DNA of 64,000 bases from Macrostomum lignano (taxonomy: Eukaryota): the NCBI GenBank assembly GCA_002269645.1, contig NIVC01002034.1, positions 62,001 through 126,000 of the forward strand. Direction: 5' to 3'. Positions 24,001-36,000 of the stretch are shown here, one piece after another (positions within the stretch are counted from its first letter, which is position 1; each line of letters opens with the position of its first letter). The position numbers were made by a program, and so were the translations under genes. The notes under the pieces are model-generated. The model did not search any database. It was given only the letters and a program-made list of their open reading frames with translations, and was not told the origin of the DNA.

Positions 24001-27000
24001 ACCAGTCCTGCTGGCATGCCGTCACTGCCATCTTCCACGCCTCCTTCATCTCCACCAGCTGGTTTGCAGCGGCCACACCAGGAGCCAATCAAAATAGCTG
24101 AGGTGATGGGCCAGTCAAAGATCCAGTTGGTTTTCAAGCAAGAAGACCACCTACCTGGATCTAAGTTTGATTGCAGCGTGGAGGCAGGACGAGCTATTCA
24201 TGTGCTGCTAAGTCCAACCCAGCTTCACTGGCTTCTGCAGATAGTCGAAGCCTTTGCAGGCAGAACTAAGGGCACTGGCCAGCTTCAACGTCGGCGGCGC
24301 CACATCGGTGACGTAGCCGGTGGCCCATCATCCCGTCCCATGAGTTTAGATGACAGGCAAAGGATCGAGGAGCAGTTACTCAGTACTTCACTTGGGCAGC
24401 CTGGCGAGCTGGATGACGACGATGTTGGCGGCTTCAGATCAGACTCGGAAACTGACGAAGACGAGCAGTTCTACTCGATGGGCCCCATGGAGGATGCCGC
24501 TGGACAGCCGGACATGGCCGAATCCTGCCATTCGGATTCCACTTGGCAGCCAGGCAAAAACTGGGCTACTGCTGCATCCGGAACGGGCGCTCGGCTTGGT
24601 CTCCCGAAGCAGTGCAAAAGACCCTTCGCATTCGATGGCAGTGAGGATATAACGCCGTCCCGTGTGATGGGACTCACCGGAGAACTAGCCCTGCTGACCT
24701 TCACCGTGCTTCACAGCGACCCGGAGACAACGCATGACGGTATCGACCAGCCAGTGTCCGGCAGGGACAAGCTGGCGGCTCTGTCTGAGTCCTTCTTTAG
24801 TCTGATCAGGGGCCTAGATGTCAACGAGCAGCCTCAGAACCTGCGCGCACTTCGCCTAGCTATGGTTGACCTCTGTCCTCATGACCATTTAGGGTAAGGC
24901 TCAGTTATTTTTGTTTGCTCCAATAGGGTTTAAAATTTTAGAACTTAGAATTTTTTAAATTTAGAATTGAAAAAATATGCGTAGTATACTACTTTATTTA
25001 ATTAAGCCTTTTTAAAGCATGAGATTTGTGCTTATTGTTCAAGGCTGATAAAGCGCTTAGGAACATTATGTACTTCAGTTCGCGCGCTGGAAGTCTATTA
25101 AGATCCTTGAGGTCCCTCAATAAATATATTGAGATCCCTCAAATTACACGTAATCTTCACTTGCGTGCGCCTCGAACCTTTTTGCCATGTGCCATGGCCA
25201 TGGCAATTGCAGCGCAATGACAATGCTGACTGTCGACCTACCAAATATAGCCATGGCCAATGTTCAATACAGTGTAATTTTACACGGGCAAGAGTTCAAG
25301 ACCAAAAAAGTTTTGGCATAAACTTTGCTCTCGGCCTAACAGCTGTGTGCTGTACTGATGGCGTAAGAGAGGCTGGTGAGGACGTGGATAAATGAAAGGA
25401 GGTCGCTAGACTATCGAAGCAACTTAGCAAGCAAAATTATTGAGAGCTGATAGTCTGCGCTGTGCCCTTATTCCGATATCGAGCATGTTCCACAAGTGCT
25501 TGTTCCCGGTTGTTAAAGTTAAGTGTACGTACACTTTAAAGTCGGACGCATATGTTAGTGTTCCACAAGTGCTTGTTCCCGGTTGTTAAAGTTAAGTACG
25601 TACACTTTAAAGTCGGACGCATATGTTAGTGTTCCACAAGTGCTTGTTCCCGGTTGATAAAGTTAAGTGTACGTACACTTTAAAGTCGGACGCATATGTC
25701 AGTGTTCCACAAGTGCTTGTTCCCGGTTGTTGAAGTTAAGTGTACGTACACTTTAAAGTCGGACGCATATGTTAGTGTTCCACAAGTGCTTGTTCCCGGT
25801 TGTTAAAGTTAAGTACGTACACTTTAAAGTCGGACGCATATGTTAGTGTTCCACAAGTGCTTGTTCCCGGTTGTTAAAGTTAAGTACGTACACTTTAAAG
25901 TCGGACGCATATGTCAGTGTTCCACAAGTGCTTGTTCCCGGTTGTTGAAGTTAAGTGTACGTACACTTTAAAGTCGGACGCATATGTTAGTGTTCCACAA
26001 GTGCTTGTTCCCGGTTGTTAAAGTTAAGTACGTACACTTTAAAGTCGGACGCATATGTTAGTGTTCCACAAGTGCTTGTTCCCGGTTGTTAAAGTTAAGT
26101 ACGTACACTTTAAAGTCGGACGCATATGTCAGTGTTCCACAAGTGCTTGTTCCCGGTTGTTGAAGTTAAGTGTACGTACACTTTAAAGTCGGACGCATAT
26201 GTTAGTGTTCCACAAGTGCTTGTTCCCGGTTGTTGAAGTTAAGTGTACGTACACTTTAAAGTCGGACGCATATGTTAGTGTTCCACAAGTGCTTGTTCCC
26301 GGTTGTTAAAGTTAAGTACGTACACTTTAAAGTCGGACGCATATGTCAGTGTTCCACAAGTGCTTGTTCCCGGTTGTTAAAGTTAAGTGTACGTACACTT
26401 TAAAGTCGGACGCATATGTCAGTGTTCCACAAGTGCTTGTTCCCGGTTGTTGAAGTTAAGTGTACGTACACTTTAAAGTCGGACGCATATGTTAGTGTTC
26501 CACAAGTGCTTGTTCCCGGTTGTTAAAGTTAAGTGTACGTACACTTTAAAGTCGGACGCATATGTCAGTGTTCCACAAGTGCTTGTTCCCGGTTGTTAAA
26601 GTTAAGTGTACGTACACTTTAAAGTCGGACGCATATGTCAGTGTTCCACAAGTGCTTGTTCCCGGTTGTTAAAGTTAAGTACGTACACTTTAAAGTCGGA
26701 CGCATATGTTAGTGTTCCACAAGTGCTTGTTCCCGGTTGTTAAAGTTAAGTACGTACACTTTAAAGTCGGACGCATATGTTAGTGTTCCACAAGTGCTTG
26801 TTCCCGGTTGTTAAAGTTAAGTGTACGTACACTTTAAAGTCGGACGCATATGTCAGTGTTCCACAAGTGCTTGTTCCCGGTTGTTGAAGTTAAGTGTACG
26901 TACACTTTAAAGTCGGACGCATATGTTAGTGTTCCACAAGTGCTTGTTCCCGGTTGTTAAAGTTAAGTACGTACACTTTAAAGTCGGACGCATATGTTAG

Positions 27001-30000
27001 TGTTCCACAAGTGCTTGTTCCCGGTTGTTAAAGTTAAGTACGTACACTTTAAAGTCGGACGCATATGTTAGTGTTCCACAAGTGCTTGTTCCCGGTTGTT
27101 AAAGTTAAGTGTACGTACACTTTAAGTCGGACGCATATGTTAGTGCCATTTTGCCAGTTTAGGTATAATATATTAACTACACTACTAAATTGGTCATATC
27201 GCGCATGTAGTCAGGCAATAATTTTTTCGTTTAAATACTGCATGGGTTTTAGTTAATGGAGTTTTACCATTTTGGAGTTTTCGTTACCTTCTCACGAATG
27301 AATATCTGTAGGGTACTGCACAATTTTTCGCCACATATGGGCTAATTTATGTTATGATTTATTGCTTAAAAATTCAGGTGCCAAAATCCAAATATCATTA
27401 CAGATTCTTAGCTAGACCGCTAAAGCTGACTTACACACTGGAGGAGTCCCGGCAGCTAGGCAAGTCCAGTCTGTCTGTATCAATGGGACTCGCGGACTTC
27501 ACTGAGACTCTGTTCGAGCGCAAAGCGGAGCCGACGCTAGCACTACCGAAGCCGTCGGACTTGGTGCCCCGCGTATGCGATGTGAGTTTTTATTGTTCTG
27601 CAGTTTCATTACATCAAACGAATGGCTTCCCTTGGGTGCAAGAATTGAATTCTTTGGAACTTTGTGAGTTGTTGCTGGTCCAAAATTTATTATTGTACTA
27701 CTAGACGTAATGTTTTATATTTTTATCTTGTTTTGAAGTTACAGTATTGAGGCAGATACTGTAGTGCGCAGCTAGCTTTGTGAGATTGGGCTCGACGCTA
27801 GTGCCCTAGAGAATTAATAGTAGTTCACTTCGAAATTGTGCCAGCAATAATAAAGTTAAACTGGCCGCGAATTCATTCATTTCCACCCTCTGATTATTGT
27901 TTTATTTACTAGCGAAGCATTAGGATTTAAATTAAAAGTTAAAGACACGTTTATAGGGTCACAAGTATATGGAGAAACAGCAATCCATGGAAAAATAATG
28001 AGGCGCATGCAATGTTTCACACAAGTTTCTGTACAAAAGAGAAGTGAAAAGACAAAATAATTGAGTTATTCTCAAAGAACAAAATTATCACAGAAAAGAA
28101 AGGGGGTGTCATTTTACATTGGTTTCAGGTGCAAGATGATGAGGCTAATCTTTTATGCATTTGTTTTGTCTATAGACTTAGAAACATGTGCATATGTACT
28201 TCGTATGAATTCCTAACGGCTAGCCTAGTCCGTTTTCTTATGTTTTTTTTATTAGGCATTTGTTTTGTCTATAGACTTAGAAACATGAGAAAAGGTAAAT
28301 TACTTAAAGGTAAATTAATTAAAAGTACATATGTACTTCGTAAAGTGCGTTAATTCCTAACGGGGGCGTAGCCTAGTCCGTGGCCTTAGCGCGGCACTCT
28401 TATGTTTTTTTTTATTAGGCAGGGGGGTTGTGTGCAACCCTGGCGCACTTTAAGCGACATAGGCACACAACCGGCGAGAGGCATTACTGCCCATTCCGCC
28501 CACTCCCCTGAGCAGGCACACAAGCGCGCGGATACGTACGCAGGCACACACACGCAGGAGTGTACAGCGGCCCTAACTTATTTTATCGTTAGGCATGTAC
28601 ACTTCACTGCGCCTTGGGGGGTTAACTCTCAAGGCCGTTAATTGCACGAGCAGAGCCAAGCCGAGATTCCAATTTAGCCCCAAATTAATGTGACTGCACT
28701 TGGAATCGAGCCTGGGTCGCTGGCACATCAGAGCCTGCGCTAGACCGCTGGGCTACGGCCCCCCTTGCACTCTTATGTTAGTAGCCCAAGCTCGATTCTA
28801 AGTGCAGTCACATTCTTTTGGGGCTGAATCGAAATCTCGGCTTGGGTCTGCCCGTGCAATTAACGCCCTTGAGGCCCAACCTAAGGGCGTTAAGGCACAT
28901 GCCTAAGGATAAATAAGTTAGGACGGCTGTGCACTCCTGTGTGAGTGTGTGCCTGTGCATATGACTGCGTACGTATCCGCACGCTTGTTGTGTGCCTGCT
29001 CAGGGGAGTCTGTCAAATGGGCAGTAGTGTCTCTTGCCGGTTGTGTGAAAATGTCGCTCGAAGTGCGCCAGGATGCACACAGCCGCTTTTGCCTCTAACT
29101 AAAAGGCATTTATTTCTAAACTTATGAATTCCTTTTGAACTCGTGTATTTTGTTAACTATTATTTCATTCGAACTACTGGGTATTTCTAAGCTCGTTAGA
29201 CTTTTCTTCAATGCTAGCGCTACGACTGATGCGAATTATATCAACCAAAATATATTGTCTCTAATATTTTAAAAAGCTTACCAAGTCTTTGGAAACTTGC
29301 CATTCAAAACTGCCCCATCTCGTAGTAGCCAGATGTCTCGTGCCTTTGGAATGCCGAGTTATCGACTCCGCCAGCGACTCTGTCCGAATGCGAAAATCCG
29401 TGTTGTGCCTCATTGTCAGACAAGTACTCGTTGTAGGCTAGTGACACTGGTGTCTGAAGTCTGTGGTCCTGGTCAGTGCTTGATTCGCCCAGACACCCAG
29501 CAGTTGCTTGGGACATTGGCAGATAGGCGCCGTCTCCGTAGTATCCTGTATAGCTCAGAGGCTGTGGCTGCTGCTGCTGCTGCTCAGAAGCCAAAGATGG
29601 CAGTCGACTTCTTGGTGGTGGAAGTGACGGCGGCTGCTCTGGGTACTGTTGCAGATGTTTAAACCGACCGACTGCCTGGCTGACATCCAGCACGAGCTCC
29701 TGGCTGTGGGCTTGTCTAGGTGCCGGCGGTAGCGCACGACTGCTTCTCCCTCTTTCAGAGACACTGCTAAGATGGTCCTGGCTTCTGCTCAGCTGCTGTT
29801 GCGTGTGCTGCTCTGGACGGGCTCGTTTGTCATTAGCAATACTTAGCATAGACTGGCTGGGTTGCACTCCTTCTCTTAGCAGCCTGGGATTCTGGTGGTG
29901 CTGCTGATTCATAGATTGTCCTGACATTGGTCTTGCACCGTTCTGAATTGCAAACCCGGAGCTGCTCATCCGTGGTGTGGCTAGTGTAGTTGTTGAAGTC

Positions 30001-33000
30001 GCCAGGCTGGGTCTTGAGCCAGATAAATTTGGTCTGCTGCGCTTGCTAAATCTTTTGCTTTCTGGCCGGAGAGTAGCCTGAAATTGGCTTTGATTTGGTG
30101 GCTGCTTGCCCACCTGCTTTTCATCCGGGTAGACGTATGCATATGGGTCCTCTTCAGTGTACCCCCTCATTTGAGTGCTTTGTCTGTGCCGCAGCTTTTT
30201 GCACACAAGACAGACAATGACAAAAATCAATGCAATTCCAAGTATTGCCGCGAGTACAGATATTGCTATCACAGCTGCACTGGCCAATCCAGTCAAAGTG
30301 AAATCTCTGCAGTTAGCCAAACTTTCGAGTAACTGGCTAGTGCCATTAGAAAGCACGTAGCAGTAGCGATATTTCTCGTTTACTCTGGCCCTCAACGTCG
30401 TTACAGCAGCTTTGAGTGGCATCAGGCTTGTATTAAAAACAACTTCCGGTTGCGAAATCAGCCAGTACCTAATAAAGTATGCTGAAAATTTTCCTACCAG
30501 TCTATCTAAATTAGCTTCCAGCCTCACGGTCGATTCAGTATCTTTAGTGATTTTGATGTCCAACAAGTAAGAAAATGTTGTGGGCGACTCAGTTGTTGGT
30601 ATTTGAATGCTGCAATTGTTTGGTGCTGTTTCTCCCAAGTCGCAGAAGTCGCTTTCACTAAGAGTGTTCCAAATTCTTCCAGCAAGTTTCGCTGGTGACG
30701 AGCACTGCATGCTGACAAGATTAATCGCAATCTCTGCAGAAACTCTCCGCCAAAGCCACTGCATGGCACAGCCACAATAAAAGGGATTTCCACCAAGAGA
30801 GACGCTATCCAATTTTTCAAACATTGACAGAGTGCAGTTATCCATATAGGATAGAGAGTTGTTTTGTAGAAGCAGCTTTGTCGCTCCCAGGCCATACATC
30901 GATGCCGATGTTAGCTTACTGATGTTATTGTTTCCAAGATTCACATAGGTCAGGTTTCGGAAATACGAGAAATAAAAATCTGGTATTGAAGATAGCTTAT
31001 TGTATTCGAGCGTCAGTTTTTGAAGGCTAGGTAGCAAAATCAGACTGCTCCAGATACCGTCTGTAATGCCGCCTCTTTCATTGCATGTCATTGATGCAAG
31101 AGCGAAGTACCTTTATTGGCGAATGCTGTCCAATTGATTTGATCCATTGCCATCCTGCTGAAAGGCTTATGCCACTTAAGGGTCCGGCACATCACTGAGA
31201 TCTTTGTTTGAGCAATCAAGAATTCGAAAAGGACTCGAAGTAAATGAGCACGGGGCGTAGTTCTCTTGCGATAAGTAAAGCGCACTGTTCAACGCAACTG
31301 CCATGTTCATGCAGAATACAACAAACAATTCTGATCTCTGAAGGCTGATCATACCTGCTTTGTTGCGTAATGGTTTTGAGACCGTTTGTCGTTTGTGACA
31401 GTGAATTTTTCTCTGAGCTCAAAACATGGGGCTTTCCGGCTTTTAAAATAAATATTATGTTTGCGATTTCCTGTTTCGGTAGGTGACTAGCTTTTTTGCT
31501 TAGTAAATTCAATAGCCTTTGTGGGTGGTCTCTGACTGCAAATTTCCTTAAAGCTGACTGCAGTAATGCGCTCAGCTCTTATAAGGCGAAGAGGCGTTTC
31601 CTTCCTTTGCTTGGGCAGAGGGGTGGAGGGCCCGTTCAATGCGCCATTGTCCTCTGCTCTCTTCTGACCGCCAGCTTGGCTTCTCAGTACACTCCGCATA
31701 AACAGAGAAGGGTGAGAATTCAAGCATGACTCATCGCAACTGCTCTCTCCCATCTGCTCTTTCTGTCTAGCCAGCTACAGGACCTGTTAAGGACGGGTAA
31801 AAAGGAGAGAAATAAGCGGGCAGTCTGGTGTACAAATCTTGCCTGGCAGCCTGCAATTTTTGTGCGTCTCGCCTCTATCCCGTTACTCCCTGCCGTCTCA
31901 GTCTTCCGCCTGCCCTCACTTCACCTGAGTTGAGCGAGAGCAACTCCTATCCAATGCACCAATGTACGTTCGTACATGTAGAGTGAATTCCAAAATACTT
32001 CGTGCTTTTTACATTAATAGCGAACAGATATTTTCTCGTTCTTTTTTGGATTTTGTCTACCCCGGACTAAACCTGAATTTAGTATAGGCACCCTTTTCAT
32101 CGATCTGAAACTAAGTTGTCTGTCTAAATCCTAATAAGTTTTAAAATTATGCTTTTTCTATACGTGTTTTGCTGAATGCCGATACTTCAGCTTTGCTGTC
32201 ACTAATAAAAAAACAGTTTACTTGCTGTTTTGTGATAAGCATATTGCTTTAAACGCGGGGTTTATTTCGAATTTCTAAAAGCTCCAATGTTACTTTACTT
32301 TCAATGACAAACACGCAGCGTTTATGGGAAATCGGAACCACTAAGTTGCTCTGACTGACAAGACAAGGGACCCTATTAAAGTAACTCATAACACTCAGCA
32401 TTCATATCTGATATCAATATTTTCGAGAACTATTGCGAGTCGACCGCTTGCGAGCGAATATAAGCTAGTCTAGCCGTCTTATTATGGCCGCAGCTGAATG
32501 AATCGGGTAGTGCATTGTGAGTTGTCTTAACAGCTGCAGGGTGTCGACGGCCTCCTTTATCTCCTTTATTCTCCTTTATTTGGCTCTGCCCCTCCTTTAT
32601 CTTCTTTTTTATAGTTGTATTTTGTACATTTTTATATATTTGTGTGCTTTTTGTACATTTTTGTACATTACTCTCAATTGATATAATGTTCTGCATCAAA
32701 ATAGTAGTAATAAATTTTTATTAACTGTCTAGCACGCCTGCAGCTACCTGTAGACCACCTGGTGCAGGTTGGTATGGATGGCCCAAGTGTCAATTTGAAG
32801 TTCAGTATCACCGTACCTTCTTCAGGAGGACACTAGTTTGTGTGACAAGAGGTTCAAGTTGCTAATGAAGCTGCTTTCTGACTCTGGTTGGTTGACACAT
32901 GAGGATGCTGATAAAGCGAAGCAGCAGTTTTTTATCATGTAAAGTGATCCTCAGTGCTGTTGTAGCTCTCTGCAGAGGTTTGGCAGGCATACTGATCGAC

Positions 33001-36000
33001 TTGATGTGTTCTATTCTAACCTCTTTTCTCAGCAGAAAGTGTTCTAATATTGTCACATGGGCAGGCATCAGTTGAAAATGGCTTCTCTATTAACAATAGT
33101 CTGCTGTTGGAAAACTTATCTGACCGAAGCCTAATTGCACAGAGAATTGTTTCCCAAGCTATTCATGATGCCGGATCAGTAACAGCAATTGCCATCACTC
33201 CCAGAATGCTGCAGCATGTACGATCTGCCCGTTCAATGTGCCTAGAAGCTCGAGAGCTGCAGCATAAACTGGACTCCGAAAGTGAACAGAAGACTAAAAA
33301 TAAATAAATTTGGGAGACAAAAAAATGCGTCGACACCCTGCAGCTGAGTCATTCGCTGCGTTTAGAATCAATTGCAGCTGTAATTTGCTTTGTTTGGACC
33401 TATCCGGGCGGCCCTCTTTGTTGACCCATCTCGCTCGTTTAGTTGGTTGACAGTGTCTGCAGGGGCGAAACGACTTTGCAGTCTGATCAACTTACGCACA
33501 CCATTATTCTTTTTCCATAATTCTAATGTTATATATTTGCTTGTTTTCTTTCGACAGTATTTTGTCCAGTGACCAGTGCTGCTTTGTCAAATGTTAGTAT
33601 TTTTGTTTATTGATTAAAGAAATTTGCATATTTTCAAGTCTATATTTTAAATTAATAGGGGATTGGACTATCAACTTGTATTGAAAGTTTCAAAATAACT
33701 CTTCTAATTTTCTAATTAAATCAATCGTATGCAAACCCTTTTCTCTATTTCGACAGGTTGTTGCTTTTCCGGAGCAGTCGCTGCACTCCAGCCAGCCCAG
33801 TATAAGAATAGACTTTGTTCAAACCGAGCGGCATGTAAGCAATAACAGGGTGGGGATGACACGCTGGGGTGGCATGTTAGTCCATTTCTGCTCTTAGTAA
33901 TTAGCAGTTTCAATTGATACCGGACTGCGATTTCCACCTGCGTATCTGTGTGTACATTCGCACGTAAGAAGTATTGCATTGCAGTATTCGAAAAGCTGGC
34001 AGATGTTTGCACAAATCGTGGAATGCTTGTCTGATCAGGCGCCATGCAGTTTCGTTTGGTTTGTTTATTTCTGCTTAGCATGGCGGCCAGTGAAACTGCA
34101 TTTCACTCTGCACTTGCCAGCTTCCTATATTGTTAATCAGCGATGAATAACTGATTTGATAAGACAAATTTATTTTATAATCTAATTTTATTATATAATA
34201 TTTTATAATTTAGCTACTATCAATAGCTGAATGTGTGAATACCAATGCACTAATGAAAAAATGAAACTCCCCGCAGCGCGGCCGAGAATTAGACAGGCTG
34301 AGCAGCGTTAAGTTGAGTCTAGCGAGCTGTCTCATCGATGTGGACCTAACGCTTATTGATCGGTTGGCTGCTCTTAGGGAGGCCTTCGATTTTTCCCAGC
34401 CTGCGCGTTACGATTCCCAGGTACAAGTTTTTGCACCTTGTTCAAATATTCTAATTAAAATTTACTCGTTAATTTTTGCATTACCTTGGCATCGTCGTTC
34501 ATTGCAAACTAGATTGAAAACAGCAAAATAGCTAAGCAGGCTAAATAGGCAATTCAAGGGCGGGCAGAAGTAGCTCGGGAATGACGGGGCAGGTTAGCCA
34601 TAATATTTACGCCTGTTTCTTCGACTCTCAGGATATGCATCAGAATCAGATGTTCGATCAGCAGCCATTCTCCTCAGTGGCTTCCGACATTTCTCTGAAA
34701 GGTGGCGACTGCGCGGGAGGCAACTTCAGCGATACCGAGCGATCAGAAATTCGAGTCGAGTCGCCGCAGGCTCTGCTGCGGCTGTACTTTCCTGTGCCAG
34801 ACCTGCGACCGAGTGGCCAGCGCCAGACCCGCTGGTACAAAAAGGTGGTCCGCTCGGAGTGGCTGGAGCTGCGCCTGCGGCAGCTCACCCTCCTGGCGAG
34901 CCTGCAGACCGATGCCGACTTCGCTCTGGAGGCGACTTGTGCCGACGGCCTGATCGCCACGCTGTGCTCAGAGACCGAGCAAGTTCGTTTTGCAGAGGCC
35001 TGGCGCTGCTCGCCCGAGGCTGCGCAGGCTGTAGACGGCATCAGCGAGGCTGCCCGCTTGCACATCCGCATGAGACCCGCCCGCAACCTGCGGCTCTTGC
35101 CCGACTCAATCGGCTTCGACTCCAATGCTGCTTCCGCTCCTCCCAGCGGCTTGAGCACCCTTGGCACCCCGCCAATGGACTCAATACTGCTCAACCCCGC
35201 CTGGGGAGCCACACCCTTCTCCTCCAAGCGGGACCTTATCGGCAAGGGTGGCGGCAACGGCCAGTCCAGTTTCGTATGGGAGTCTCGCGTACTACCTGCC
35301 GACCCCGCAGAGATGTCCGAGTTCCGCACCAACTCTGCTGTCAACTCCCGCCTGGTGTTTGAGCTGACTCTGGCCCGCTGCCTCATCAACCTTGACTGTC
35401 AGTCAAATCTAGAAATGCTGTATAACCGGCTGCTCAATGATCTCACACTTTGGCAGCCAGCTGCGCCAGCCCAGTGTGACCAACGGACTTTCCTACCTGC
35501 GCATATCAACTTTGCAGAGATGCTTGGCAGCTCTGGGGCCTCGTTTTCTCAGCAGTTCACCTCATTTAGGTCTTCTCTCTCAGCCGGAGGTGAGATTTCT
35601 CAGCTTGAAATTCTTTGGTCTTGGTTTACACTGTGTACTTATTATATCGGCCGTTTCGTTTCTCATTTGGTCAGGAAGCGAAGATGAAGATGAATCCCGC
35701 AAGTCATCTAACAAGCTTGGCTTCCGGGGTTCTCCGCAGCAGCAGTCAGACCTCTGTCTTTCCATCTCTATTCAGTCTGGTCGGCTGGTCGGAAACTTGC
35801 CGCTTTGTCCCCGAGATTTGGAGAATCCGCAGCCCCAGGCGCAACAGGCGGGCGCCGTATTGCTGGACTTCACGGATGCGGAGGTCTTCACAGTCACTGG
35901 TCATGGAGGCAACCCTAACAAAGTTTATACTACCGTTGCTCTGGGAGATTTTAGTCTGTATCATGCTGGTAAGTTTTTTCTTTTTAGTGTACTTCTTAAC

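Noticed and set aside
25487-27145. CRISPR-like appearance of the regular repeat with an internal palindrome
   Set aside because: The units are head-to-tail with no unique spacers, there are no cas genes, and the context is a eukaryotic intron. It is a satellite.
28690-28766. Possible tRNA gene
   Set aside because: A and B boxes are present, but the sequence continues into a SINE body with a poly(A) tail and TSD, and no clean cloverleaf was seen.
31110-31180. UAA readthrough or recoding in the LRR gene (three in-frame TAA codons)
   Set aside because: An alternative open frame across exactly this stretch makes two compensating indels far more parsimonious. ATG2 and WDTC1 use ordinary stops.
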